Assembly: GCA_963842695.1 (NCBI GenBank)
Contig: CAWJHK010000001.1
Span: forward strand, 64,040-128,039
DNA: 64,000 bases
DNA from: an uncultured Chloroflexia bacterium
GTDB taxonomy: Bacteria; Chloroflexota; Limnocylindria; Limnocylindrales; CSP1-4
Direction of reading: 5' to 3'
Shown here in pieces: positions 46,280-55,035 of this stretch. How positions within the stretch are numbered: the stretch's first letter is position 1; each line of letters begins with the position of its first letter. The position numbers and the translations under genes were made by a program. Below the pieces are notes generated by a model. It was not told the DNA's origin. It saw nothing but the letters and a program-made list of their open reading frames with translations, and ran no database searches.

Positions 46280-47445
46280 TGCCCGCGGCCGATCCGGTCG
46301 ACGTGGTCCTTGCGGACGCGCTCGACCGATTGCGCGTCCTCGAGCTCGGGGACACGTTCGATCCACGCGCGGCAGCGTCGATCGTCGAGACGGGACTCCA
46401 TCGACTTGTCGTGCCGGCCGAAGCCGGGGGCCTCGGCGCGCGGATGTCGGCGGCGGCGGAGGTGCTCGCTTCGATCGGGGCCATCGACGGCGCGACGGCT
46501 CTGGGTTTCGCGATGCAGGTCCATGTCGTGGGTGCGCTCGTGGACTCGGATGCGGTCCCGGCCGGTCTCCGCGAACGGCTGTTTCGAGCGATCGTGGACT
46601 GGGGCGCGCTCGTCAACAACGCAGCCACGGAGGAGGGCGGCGGGTCACCGGCCCGTGGCGCGATCCCCGGCGCGACGGCATTGCCCCAGAAGGATGGGAC
46701 GTGGCGGCTCACCGGGGAGAAGACCTGGACGACGTGGCTCCCGAACCTGACCCACGCGTTCGTGACGGCGCGGATCGAGGGCACGGATCCGGTCGAGGTG
46801 GGCTCCTGGCTGCTCGATCTCGACACCGAGGGCGTGGAGCGCCGGCCGGGCTTCGAGGCCATGGGCATGCGCGGATCCGCGTCCGGCCGGCTCGTGCTTC
46901 ATGACGTGCCGGTGTCTGGCGATGCGCTCCTCGTGCGGCGGCCGGCAGCCGGCCCCGACCCGCGCGGACCCGCGCCCGGGGCGTGGTTCGGGGTCGCCCT
47001 CGCGGCGACGTACCTCGGAGTGGGGGAGGGCGCTCGGGCGGACGTCGTCCGCTGGGCGCGCGATCGGAAGCCCGGCGATGGATCGACGGCGGTAGCCGCG
47101 ATCCCCACGGTGCAGCTCCGACTTGGGCGTCTCGACGCGGAGCTCCGGGCTGCGCGACTCGTCGTGCTCGACGTCGCGCGGCGCTGGGACGCGGCGGTCG
47201 ACGCGAACGATCCGGCAGGGCGGGCCTCTGCGGCCGCGGACGTGCCACTCGCCAAGCTGGTGGCAACTCGCGCCGCGGTCGCTGCCACGGACGAGGCGCT
47301 CCGGATCGCGGGCGGTCCGGGCTTTCTTGCCGGTCGCCTTGAACGCGCCTTCCGGGACGCCCGGGCGGGCCTGATCAACCCGCCACTGGAGGACGTTGCG
47401 TTGACCGGATTCGGCCGGGCGCTCGCCGAGACCGAGCAGGCCTGA
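46279..47445 (+). CDS. acyl-CoA dehydrogenase family protein
   Basis: Distal part of ORF 45676..47445, starting at ATG 46279, which shares one base with the YdeI TGA. ACAD-like middle (GEKTWTTW) and C-terminal helical domain (ATDEALRIAGGPGF...RAFRDARAG). Confidence 0.8.
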   Translation: MPAADPVDVVLADALDRLRVLELGDTFDPRAAASIVETGLHRLVVPAEAGGLGARMSAAAEVLASIGAIDGATALGFAMQVHVVGALVDSDAVPAGLRERLFRAIVDWGALVNNAATEEGGGSPARGAIPGATALPQKDGTWRLTGEKTWTTWLPNLTHAFVTARIEGTDPVEVGSWLLDLDTEGVERRPGFEAMGMRGSASGRLVLHDVPVSGDALLVRRPAAGPDPRGPAPGAWFGVALAATYLGVGEGARADVVRWARDRKPGDGSTAVAAIPTVQLRLGRLDAELRAARLVVLDVARRWDAAVDANDPAGRASAAADVPLAKLVATRAAVAATDEALRIAGGPGFLAGRLERAFRDARAGLINPPLEDVALTGFGRALAETEQA

Positions 47446-47453
47446 CGACTCCC

Positions 47454-48779
47454 TCAGCCGGCCTGCCCGGGCGGGGTGGCCCCGGCGTCCGACATGACAC
47501 GCGCTGGGCGCTCCGCTCCCCTCCGGAGCGACCGCCGGATGCGATGGAGATCGCCTCCGAGCCAGCTCCGGAATCGGTTGGCGATGATTGCCAGGAGGTA
47601 GAGGCTCGACCCGAGGTCCGACTCGGGGGAGCCCTCCGCGGAACGCGACCCGCCGGTCGATCCATCCGCCGCATCCGTCACTCCTGTCACGTCCCTGCCG
47701 TGGCCCGCCATCAGGACGATGCCGATCGCGGCTGCTCCTGCCGCCCGGGGCGGGACGCTCCATGCGCTCGTCGACTCCGGATCGCGAGCGTTCGCTGTCC
47801 CGTCGCCGGCAGGGCGACGCGGACCGGACCGCACCATGCCATCGAGATCGCCCACCACACGGACACCCGCCGCATCGATCTTCGCCATCATCGATGCGGC
47901 GATGGCTTCCGCCCGCTCCTCGGCCCACGACGGCAGCGTGATCCGCGGCTCGTCTCGATCGGGAGTCAACGCCTTCATGTAGGCCGCGGCACCGAATGTC
48001 ACGAGCTGCTTCAGGACTGACGGATCCAGCCGCTCGTCCTGGAAGCGTTCGTTGATCGCCTGCACGACCTTGGCCTCAGGGAGCGTCAGCGAGCGGTTCA
48101 CGGCATCATCGATCGATGGGAGCGTCTGCTCGCGCAGGCCCACCAGCTGCTCGAAGACGCGCAGGACCCTCGCATGATCGCGGCCGTCGAGCGGGACGAC
48201 CGTGACGTTGTCGATTCCGACCACCGCGGCCCAACGCGCGATGAGCTCGTCGTGTCGATGCCTCAGCCAGAAGCTGGCCGCCTGCCAGGAGTCCGGCTCA
48301 TCGAAGACGGTCTCCAGCCACGGGTCGAGCGATTGGCGGAGACCGTTCTGGACGGCCTGCTGCCAGTGGGACGTCAGCACCCGCGCGAGCGGACGCAACG
48401 TCACGACCACGTGGACCCGTCCGGGATCGAGGTCCGAGACGATCCTCCGGATCGCTTCGGGCGGTGCCTGGGCGAAGGACTCGCTGCTGATGACGACGCG
48501 CGACTCGGAGGCTCGCCGGATCTCCGACAGAAGGACTCGCCAGTACAGCTTCGATGGCGGCTTGCCGACCACCGGATCGTTGACGCCCATCGCCGCGCGT
48601 GCGGCCTTGGCGGGTTGATGGGTGACCCCCGCGTAGCGCACGCCCTGCTTGCGGCATTCGCGGCGCGTGGCGTGGAAGGCGTACTGCAACGTCGTCGTCC
48701 CAGTCTTGGGCGGCCCGATATGCAGCACGCGCGTGCCACGCGGAAGCAGGAGTGACTGCGTGGTCGAGATCGCGGTCAT
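47454..48779 (-). CDS. sulfotransferase-family protein with C-terminal hydrophobic segment
   Basis: ORF trimmed to ATG 48779, which has GGGAGG upstream. HIGPPKTGTTTLQ is a PAPS 5'-phosphosulfate-binding-loop-like motif, and VVISSESF a second motif. The C-terminus contains AAAIGIVLMAG and LYLLAIIANRF. Confidence 0.7.
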   Translation of the reverse strand: MTAISTTQSLLLPRGTRVLHIGPPKTGTTTLQYAFHATRRECRKQGVRYAGVTHQPAKAARAAMGVNDPVVGKPPSKLYWRVLLSEIRRASESRVVISSESFAQAPPEAIRRIVSDLDPGRVHVVVTLRPLARVLTSHWQQAVQNGLRQSLDPWLETVFDEPDSWQAASFWLRHRHDELIARWAAVVGIDNVTVVPLDGRDHARVLRVFEQLVGLREQTLPSIDDAVNRSLTLPEAKVVQAINERFQDERLDPSVLKQLVTFGAAAYMKALTPDRDEPRITLPSWAEERAEAIAASMMAKIDAAGVRVVGDLDGMVRSGPRRPAGDGTANARDPESTSAWSVPPRAAGAAAIGIVLMAGHGRDVTGVTDAADGSTGGSRSAEGSPESDLGSSLYLLAIIANRFRSWLGGDLHRIRRSLRRGAERPARVMSDAGATPPGQAG

Positions 48780-48878
48780 GCCTCCCGTCGGGATCGGCGA
48801 CTTCCTGGCGGCATTGTCGCAGCCCCCTGCGGCCGCCCGCACCGACCGTCGGAGCTGATCGCAATCGAAGCGCTCCTG

Positions 48879-49022
48879 TCAGAGCCACCGACGATGGTCG
48901 CGCTCCCCGATGCCGGGCCGCGAATCCACCCCGAAGCGGATCGACAGGTAGCCGAGCACCACGAACGGGCCGATGAGGACGACGATCGTCGCAAAAGCCA
49001 CCAGGATCGTGCCGAGCATCAT
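48879..49022 (-). CDS. small membrane protein (47 aa)
   Basis: MMLGTILVAFATIVVLIGPFVVLGYLSIRFGVDSRPG... The start overlaps the stop of the upstream ORF by 4 nt. Confidence 0.5.
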   Translation of the reverse strand: MMLGTILVAFATIVVLIGPFVVLGYLSIRFGVDSRPGIGERDHRRWL

Positions 49023-49312
49023 TTGCTCGGGGTCATCTGGCGACCGAGGTCCTCGGCGACGCATTCGTCGAGCCATCCGACGATCGCGACCGTCCGGCGA
49101 CTCACCGCGGCGAGGGCCAGCGCGATGCGACGCCGGACTATCGAGGAGCGGCTCGCTCGATCCTCAGCCAGGAGCGCTACGAGCTCGCGGCTGCGATACG
49201 CCCGAAGGCTGTCACGCATGCGCTCTTCCCGGAGCTCGTTGGCAACGTGAATTCCAGGGTCGATCAAGATGCGTGACCCCCCTTCCCTCAGGTCTCGACG
49301 CACGGACGCCAT
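49019..49312 (-). CDS. hypothetical protein
   Basis: ORF 49019..49390, probably starting at ATG 49312 (MASVRRDLREGG...). Translationally coupled to the small membrane protein. Confidence 0.45.
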   Translation of the reverse strand: MASVRRDLREGGSRILIDPGIHVANELREERMRDSLRAYRSRELVALLAEDRASRSSIVRRRIALALAAVSRRTVAIVGWLDECVAEDLGRQMTPSK

Positions 49313-49475
49313 GGTCCGATCGCGGGTCTCCGGCGAACCGACACCCCATGCCGCCCGGTCCTCCGTTGTTCGAGGCCGGGTAGCTCCCATCAGGTGTGGC
49401 CCCAGGGACGCTGGTGGGAACTACGTGTGCGTGGAGACGGCCGGATTGCCCGGACCGCCCAGTGAGACAGGCCCG

Positions 49476-49817
49476 CTATCCGTCGGCGTTCGCGCGGTAA
49501 GCGATCACCTCGACCGGCTCGAGGGTGATCAACCCATCGGACACCATCGCCTCGAGCTCGGGGAGGACTGCCCGCAGGCGGTCTTCCTGGTCGACGACCT
49601 CCACGAGGATCGGCAGGTCGGACGAGAGCGACAGGATCCGGGCGGTGTGGACATGCTGCTTGGCACCGAACCCCTCGATGCCACGCACGACCGTCGCCCC
49701 CGCCAATCCGCGTTCGCGCAACAGGTGGACGATGGCTTCGTAGAGGGGCCGGCCGTGCCATTGGTCCGATTCGCCGATGTAGATGCGCGCGAGAAGACCG
49801 TGTCCCTCGATCTTCAC
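49476..49817 (-). CDS. DUF190 (PII-like) protein
   Basis: GTG 49817 overlaps the crcB stop (GTGA). LLARIYIGESDQWHGRPLYEAIVHLLRERGLAGATVVRGIEGFG is a typical DUF190 sequence. DUF190 commonly follows crcB. Confidence 0.8.
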   Translation of the reverse strand: MKIEGHGLLARIYIGESDQWHGRPLYEAIVHLLRERGLAGATVVRGIEGFGAKQHVHTARILSLSSDLPILVEVVDQEDRLRAVLPELEAMVSDGLITLEPVEVIAYRANADG

Positions 49818-50188
49818 GGGACCGCCCTGCCTACGGCCAGTCCGAGCACGAGGGCGATGAGCCCGACGACGACCGATCCGGCCAGGTTCGCGAGCGCGAG
49901 CAGCATGGCGCCGCCCTCGACGAGGCGCCAGGTCTCGAGCATCAGCGTCGAGAACGTGGTGTAGGCACCGACGAAGCCGACCATCACCGGAAGGCGGACG
50001 TCCGCCGGCAGCACCGCACGATCGATCGCCAGGGCGAACAGCAACCCGAGCACGAACGACCCGGTGGTGTTGACGACGAAGGTGCCCCACGGGAACGCCG
50101 ATGCCGCGCGTTCCGACACCCACGTATCGACGGCATAGCGGCTGACCGCGCCGGCGGCTCCACCGATGGCGATGAGCAGGAACGGCAA
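49814..50188 (-). CDS. crcB: fluoride ion channel CrcB (Fluc)
   Basis: 124 aa with four helices. GGAAGAVSRY, PWGTFVVNTTGSFVLG and GFVGAYTTFST are CrcB signatures. Confidence 0.9.
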   Translation of the reverse strand: MPFLLIAIGGAAGAVSRYAVDTWVSERAASAFPWGTFVVNTTGSFVLGLLFALAIDRAVLPADVRLPVMVGFVGAYTTFSTLMLETWRLVEGGAMLLALANLAGSVVVGLIALVLGLAVGRAVP

Positions 50189-50191
50189 GGC

Positions 50192-50482
50192 TCAGGCGCC
50201 CCCCGTCACGACGAGGGTCGCGATGATGCCGACCACCAGCCCGACGGCGGCGCCGAGCGCGACGATCATGACGTCACGGCGCCGCGAATGCGCCTCGGCC
50301 GCGACCGCCTGGTCCCTGGAGGAAGGGATGGTTTCAGGCGTCGCCGGAGTCTCCAGCAGGCGCATGGCGAAGCGTTCCGCCCGTTCATCTTCTTCCCTGG
50401 TGGGGCGGATCGCCTCGATCAGGCGAGCGACCTCATCGGGCGTGCGTTCCTCGATCGGACGATCTGCGTCGTCGTGGGTCAC
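50192..50482 (-). CDS. hypothetical C-terminally membrane-anchored protein
   Basis: Distal part of ORF 50192..50686, from GTG 50482. Charged N-terminal part and a terminal helix, MIVALGAAVGLVVGIIATLVV. Start uncertain. Confidence 0.4.
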   Translation of the reverse strand: MTHDDADRPIEERTPDEVARLIEAIRPTREEDERAERFAMRLLETPATPETIPSSRDQAVAAEAHSRRRDVMIVALGAAVGLVVGIIATLVVTGGA

Positions 50483-50535
50483 GAGTCGAAGGCTAGCGGT
50501 GATCGGCGCCTCCGACCAGCCCCGGCCGCGGGCTT

Positions 50536-50686
50536 CTACCGGTTCCGGCTCACCAGGATCGTGATCACGCCGAGGACGATGAGGGGCAGGAGGATCAGGC
50601 CGAAGCCGCCGGGCGTCAGCGTCTGGAACCAGTGGAAGACGTTCGCCGATCGCGTTGCTGATGTCGTCGAGGATCGTCGCGAGCAT
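50536..50686 (-). pseudogene. possible 49-aa membrane peptide split by one apparent 1-nt insertion
   Basis: ATG 50686 gives MLATILDDISNAI. The sequence continues sensibly only in the frame of ORF 50536..50775: NVFHWFQTLTPGGFGLILLPLIVLGVITILVSRNR*. 151 nt = 3n+1. Confidence 0.35.
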
Positions 50687-50826
50687 CGTGCCCTCCGGGC
50701 GTCCCGCGAATGGTAGCGGCTCGATCGTCCCGTCAACCGCCTCGTTGTGCCGTTGAAAGCAGTCTTGTCGGACAATCAGCTCGCGGCGCGCCTGCGCCCG
50801 ATCGAGCGATCGAAGGAGGTGTGACC

Positions 50827-51195
50827 ATGGCAGGCGACGGCAACGAGGTGGGTCACCATCCCGCTGTCCAAGAGCTGCTGGGACCCGGTGAGGAAGTCCA
50901 GCACGTGGCGTCCGCCGGGGAGGCGGTGATCGCGGTCACCAGCCATCGGCTGGCGGTGATCCAGGAGGACCGCACGGCGCTCGACGTCGGGATCGACAAC
51001 CTGCGTCGGATCCAGTTCGACATCGAGAAGACGCGACCGGCGACGCTGGTCATCGTGCCCGAGCACCCGAACCAGCCACCCCAGGTGCTGGCGGTCAAGC
51101 CCGAAGAGTACGAGGAGGTCGCGGCGGCGCTGGTGACGATCGGCCAACGGCTCGCCGGCTGGGATCAAGGGACTGCGCAGGCGGCCCGGCGCTAG
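50827..51195 (+). CDS. hypothetical protein (PH-like pattern)
   Basis: ORF 50710..51195 trimmed to ATG 50827, preceded by AAGGAGG. No confident family. Confidence 0.55.
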   Translation: MAGDGNEVGHHPAVQELLGPGEEVQHVASAGEAVIAVTSHRLAVIQEDRTALDVGIDNLRRIQFDIEKTRPATLVIVPEHPNQPPQVLAVKPEEYEEVAAALVTIGQRLAGWDQGTAQAARR

Positions 51196-51287
51196 CGCCC
51201 CAACGGGGAAGTGGCGCCCGTCGGGTGTACGGTGTGGGTGCGCGGCCACCGTCCAGCCCTCTGAGCGAGCCGAGCCCCGTACGAGGG

Positions 51288-51653
51288 ATGCCCGTGAACG
51301 CCGAGGAAGAACGGCAGACGACCACCGCTGCGGCGTTGAATGAATGGCGCGACGCGGAGCGCGTCGCTTCCGTGGCCCGGAAGGGTCGCGAGGCCGCCGA
51401 AACCGCTGTGATGGCTGCCCACGAGGCCGAGATCGCGGCGGGCGCCACCGCCACGGCGGCAAAGGCCGCACTCGAGGCCGCTACCCTGGCCGAGACGTCG
51501 GCCGCCAGGACCGCCGAGGCAGCCCGGATGGTGGTCGAGTCGACAAAGGCCGGCCTCGAGTCGTCGACCGCGGACTCCGCTGCAGCCGATCTGGGTGAAG
51601 CCGCGGCGCATGACCGCTATCGGACCGCCGCCGACCGCGCATCGGGGCGGTAG
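51288..51653 (+). CDS. Ala-rich, probably coiled-coil hypothetical protein
   Basis: ORF 51225..51653 trimmed to ATG 51288. Low-complexity A/E/T-rich helical sequence. Confidence 0.5.
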   Translation: MPVNAEEERQTTTAAALNEWRDAERVASVARKGREAAETAVMAAHEAEIAAGATATAAKAALEAATLAETSAARTAEAARMVVESTKAGLESSTADSAAADLGEAAAHDRYRTAADRASGR

Positions 51654-51882
51654 CCGGCACGCACCCGCCATCGCTCGCGGCGTTCGTCGGAGACGGATCG
51701 GGCGCGCGCACCGCCGGGGGAACGATGGCTCGGCGCCCGACCCGGGCGGATGCTACGCGGCGAAGCCGTCGAACGATATCGGCTCGCCGACAGCGACTCG
51801 CCGAGCACCACGAGCGTGGTTGCCTGACGCTCGGCTCCTGCCGGGCCGTACGAGCTGGGTCCGGCATGGCATCATCGCGTCC

Positions 51883-52272
51883 ATGCCACCGATCTTCGAG
51901 CTGACGCGGATCGAGCCTGCCCACCTGGAGCGGCTCGATCACCAGGGCATCTTCACGACCGGATTGCTGCTCGAGCGGTCCGAGACCTCGACCCGGCGCC
52001 AGACGCTTGCCGACCAGACCTCCGCGGATACGACGGACGTCCTGATGTGGCGCGACGAGGCGTTGATGCTCAACCTCGCGGGCTTCGGTCCGGATGAGCA
52101 CCAGATGATGATCCAGGCCGGCATCGAGGGGCTCCGGGACATCCTCGAGCTCGACTTGTCCGCGTTCCGGGAGCGAGTCGCGCGTGCGGCCGGCGAGCTG
52201 GGCGTCGATCCGCCGCCCGAGGTCACGCTCGTCGGCTGGTGGGAGCAGGCCAAGACGCTCGAAGAGGAGTAG
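51883..52272 (+). CDS. DUF4332-domain protein
   Basis: ORF 51595..52272 trimmed to ATG 51883. LERLDHQGIFTTGLLLERS...LMLNLAGFGPDEHQMMIQAGIEGLRDIL are helix-hairpin-helix-like repeats typical of DUF4332. Confidence 0.7.
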   Translation: MPPIFELTRIEPAHLERLDHQGIFTTGLLLERSETSTRRQTLADQTSADTTDVLMWRDEALMLNLAGFGPDEHQMMIQAGIEGLRDILELDLSAFRERVARAAGELGVDPPPEVTLVGWWEQAKTLEEE

Positions 52273-52327
52273 GCCCGGGTCGGCTCGGCCTCCCGGCGTT
52301 TCCGACCCGAACGGCTACGATGGCCCG

Positions 52328-53026
52328 GTGAGCCGTTCCGCGACGTCACTGTTCGCCGCCGTCCTCATCGGCCTGGCCACCGCCATCGTGATCGTCGCCG
52401 TCGCGATCGTCCCCTTCCTCTCCCCGCAGTGGGTCGCCTTCGAGCAGGACCGTGCGCAGGCGGCCGCGTGGACCGGGTTCACGACCGAGGATCTCCGGAC
52501 CGCGACCGACCGGATCCTCGGCGACCTGGTGTTCGGTGGCGACTTCGACGTCGCTATCGACGGCAGGCCCGTCCTTGAGCAGCGCGAGCAGGCGCACATG
52601 GCCGACGTCCGGACGGTGTTTCGCGGGCTCTGGGTCCTGGCCGCGATCTCGATCGTCGGGCTCATCCTGGCCAGCCGCCGCCGTGACCGGGCGGGGAGCT
52701 GGTCGGCGGTCCGCGGCGGAGCCATCGGCCTGATGATCGGCGTGGTCGTCGCGGGCGTTGTGGGCCTCGTCGCCTTCGACCAGCTGTTCGAGGCGTTCCA
52801 CCGGATCTTCTTCCCACCGGGGTCGTACCTGTTCGACCCGCTGACCGATCGGCTGGTCCAGCTCTTCCCGTTCGTGTTCTGGCAGGAGACGGCGATCGTC
52901 GTCGGCGTCGCGATCATCGCGATCGCGCTCGTGGTCGCCACCGTGGCCGGACGCCGGGCCCGACGATCCGCCGCGACGGAGACCTCGGCGGTCGGGCTGG
53001 AAACGGCTGCGGAGCCAGGCACATGA
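52328..53026 (+). CDS. TIGR01906-family integral membrane protein
   Basis: ORF 52184..53026 trimmed to GTG 52328. Four helices and LFEAFHRIFFPPGSYLFDPLTDRLVQLFPFVFWQ, the TIGR01906/DUF1461 signature. The stop overlaps the moeA ATG. Confidence 0.75.
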   Translation: MSRSATSLFAAVLIGLATAIVIVAVAIVPFLSPQWVAFEQDRAQAAAWTGFTTEDLRTATDRILGDLVFGGDFDVAIDGRPVLEQREQAHMADVRTVFRGLWVLAAISIVGLILASRRRDRAGSWSAVRGGAIGLMIGVVVAGVVGLVAFDQLFEAFHRIFFPPGSYLFDPLTDRLVQLFPFVFWQETAIVVGVAIIAIALVVATVAGRRARRSAATETSAVGLETAAEPGT

Positions 53027-54357
53027 CGGCTCCCACTGCCCCGGTGATGCTCTCGGTCGAGGCGGCGCGAGACGCGGTCCTCGCCGTCACCCAGCCGGTC
53101 GGCACGGAACGGGTCGCTGCCGCGGATGCGCTCGGTCGGGTCGCGGCCGCCGGGGTCGAGGCGCGCGTATCGCTGCCACCGTGGGCGAACTCGGCGATGG
53201 ACGGTTACGCGATCGTGGCGGTCGACACGGACGCCGCCCGGGAGGACGCACCGATCGAGCTCCGCGTTGTCGGCGACGTCGCGGCGGGGGCCGCCCCGGA
53301 AGTGGCGGTCACGCCCGGGACTGCCGTCCGGATCGCGACGGGCGCCCGGCTGCCGGACGGCGCCGATGCAGTCGTCCCGGTCGAGGCGACGACACCGCTC
53401 GACGCCGAGGGCCGGCCCGGTTCGCGGGGTCGCGACGCGACCGGTCCCGTGCCGGTCGGCTGCCTGGTCCACGAGGTCGTCGCACCAGGCGATTCCGTCC
53501 GCGTCGCGGGCAGCGACATCACCGCGGGCGCGACGTTGGCCGATGCCGGGACCTCGATCTCGGCGGCGCTCGTCACCCTCCTCGCCGGTACCGGTGTGGC
53601 GGACATCGAGGTGCATCGGCTCCCGCGGATCGGCGTGCTGGCGACCGGCGACGAGGTCCGGGCGCCCGGTGAGGATCTCGGCCCCGCCGGCATTCCGGAC
53701 GCCAACGGCCCGGGGCTCCGCGCGCTCGTGACCGCCGCCGGCGCCGAGCCGATCGACCTCGGGATCGCCCGTGACGAGCTCGATGATGTCGTCGCCCGGC
53801 TGCGGCGCGGGCTCGATTCCGGCGCGGACGCCCTGATCGTGTCGGGCGGCGTGTCGGTCGGCCCGTACGACGTGGTCAAGACCGCGATCGAGTCGATCGG
53901 CCGCATCGACCTGTGGCGGGTCGCCGTCCAGCCCGGCAAGCCGTTCGCCTTCGGGGTCGCGGAGCGGCCGGGCGGCGGAAGCCCGGTCCTGCTGTTCGGG
54001 CTGCCCGGCAACCCGGTCTCGTCCGCGGTGACGTTCGAGCTCTTCGTCCGCCCGGCGATCCGGAGGCTGGCCGGTCGCCGCGACCTGCTCCGCCCGGTCG
54101 ATCGCGCAGTCCTCGGCGACGACGTCAGAAAGAGCCATGGCCGGCGCGCATTCATCCGCGTCACGGCGCGGCGCGACGACGCCGGATCGCCGATCCGTGA
54201 CGAGCGTGGCCGGGTCCTGATCCGGCTCGCGGGCGGGCAGGGGAGTCACGTCATCTCGGCCCTCGCGGCAGCGGACGGGCTGGCCGTGATCCCGGAAGCG
54301 GACGATGCCCTCGAGGCCGGCTCGGAGGTCGTGCTGTGGTGGCTCGACCGCGCCTGA
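53023..54357 (+). CDS. moeA: molybdopterin molybdenumtransferase
   Basis: 444 aa. SLPPWANSAMDGYAI, RIATGARLPDGADAVVPVE and VSGGVSVGPYDVVK are MoeA motifs. Confidence 0.9.
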   Translation: MTAPTAPVMLSVEAARDAVLAVTQPVGTERVAAADALGRVAAAGVEARVSLPPWANSAMDGYAIVAVDTDAAREDAPIELRVVGDVAAGAAPEVAVTPGTAVRIATGARLPDGADAVVPVEATTPLDAEGRPGSRGRDATGPVPVGCLVHEVVAPGDSVRVAGSDITAGATLADAGTSISAALVTLLAGTGVADIEVHRLPRIGVLATGDEVRAPGEDLGPAGIPDANGPGLRALVTAAGAEPIDLGIARDELDDVVARLRRGLDSGADALIVSGGVSVGPYDVVKTAIESIGRIDLWRVAVQPGKPFAFGVAERPGGGSPVLLFGLPGNPVSSAVTFELFVRPAIRRLAGRRDLLRPVDRAVLGDDVRKSHGRRAFIRVTARRDDAGSPIRDERGRVLIRLAGGQGSHVISALAAADGLAVIPEADDALEAGSEVVLWWLDRA

Positions 54358-54430
54358 CCGACCGGGCATGATTCAGCGACGGCCGCTGCCGCTCGCCTGA
54401 CCAGCTACCCAAGCCACGGCGGAGGAGTCG

Positions 54431-55024
54431 ATGGACCAGAGATCCCAACCGCGTGCCGAGCGACGGCGGCTGTCGCACGTCGATCGGTCCGGCCGGCCGC
54501 GCATGGTCGACGTCAGCGACAAGCCCGTCACCGCGCGCCGGGCCGTGGCCGAAGCCGCCGTGGCCGTGTCGCCCGAGACGATGAGCCTCGTCATCGACGG
54601 CGGCGGTGCCAAGGGCGACGTCCTGGGCGTCGCGGAGCTGGCGGGCGTGATGGGCGGCAAGCGCACGAGCGAGCTCATCCCGCTGTGTCACCCGTTGCCG
54701 CTGACCGACCTGGTCGTCGCGATCACCCCGGATCGTGCCGCCGGTGTGCTGCGCATCCGAGCCGAGGCGGCCACCACGGCCCAGACCGGCGTCGAGATGG
54801 AGGCGATGACGGCCGCGTCGGTGGCCGCCCTGACCGTCTACGACATGGTCAAGGGCGTCGAGCGGGGGGTCGAGATCCAGGGCGTCCGACTCGTCTCGAA
54901 GACCGGCGGCAAGAGCGGGACGTGGGTTCGTCCCTCGAGCCCCGCCGACGGACCACGGCCGCGACCCAAGCCCGGGGCTCGGGCGGCCGGTCGGAGCGGC
55001 GCCAGGCATCGGAGCCACCCCTGA
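54431..55024 (+). CDS. moaC: cyclic pyranopterin monophosphate synthase
   Basis: RMVDVSDKPVT, GDVLGVAELAGVMGGKRTSELIPLCHPLPL and TGVEMEAMTAASVAALTVYDMVK. GGAGGAG upstream. Basic Pro-rich tail. Confidence 0.9.
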   Translation: MDQRSQPRAERRRLSHVDRSGRPRMVDVSDKPVTARRAVAEAAVAVSPETMSLVIDGGGAKGDVLGVAELAGVMGGKRTSELIPLCHPLPLTDLVVAITPDRAAGVLRIRAEAATTAQTGVEMEAMTAASVAALTVYDMVKGVERGVEIQGVRLVSKTGGKSGTWVRPSSPADGPRPRPKPGARAAGRSGARHRSHP

Positions 55025-55035
55025 GTGGCCGCCGC

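Noticed and set aside
50687-50826. Fluoride riboswitch upstream of the crcB operon
   Set aside because: Only the + strand shows AATGGTAGCGGC...CAACCGCC, which is vaguely motif-like. It is in the wrong orientation for crcB and lacks the GCTGATGA..CCTAC pseudoknot partner.
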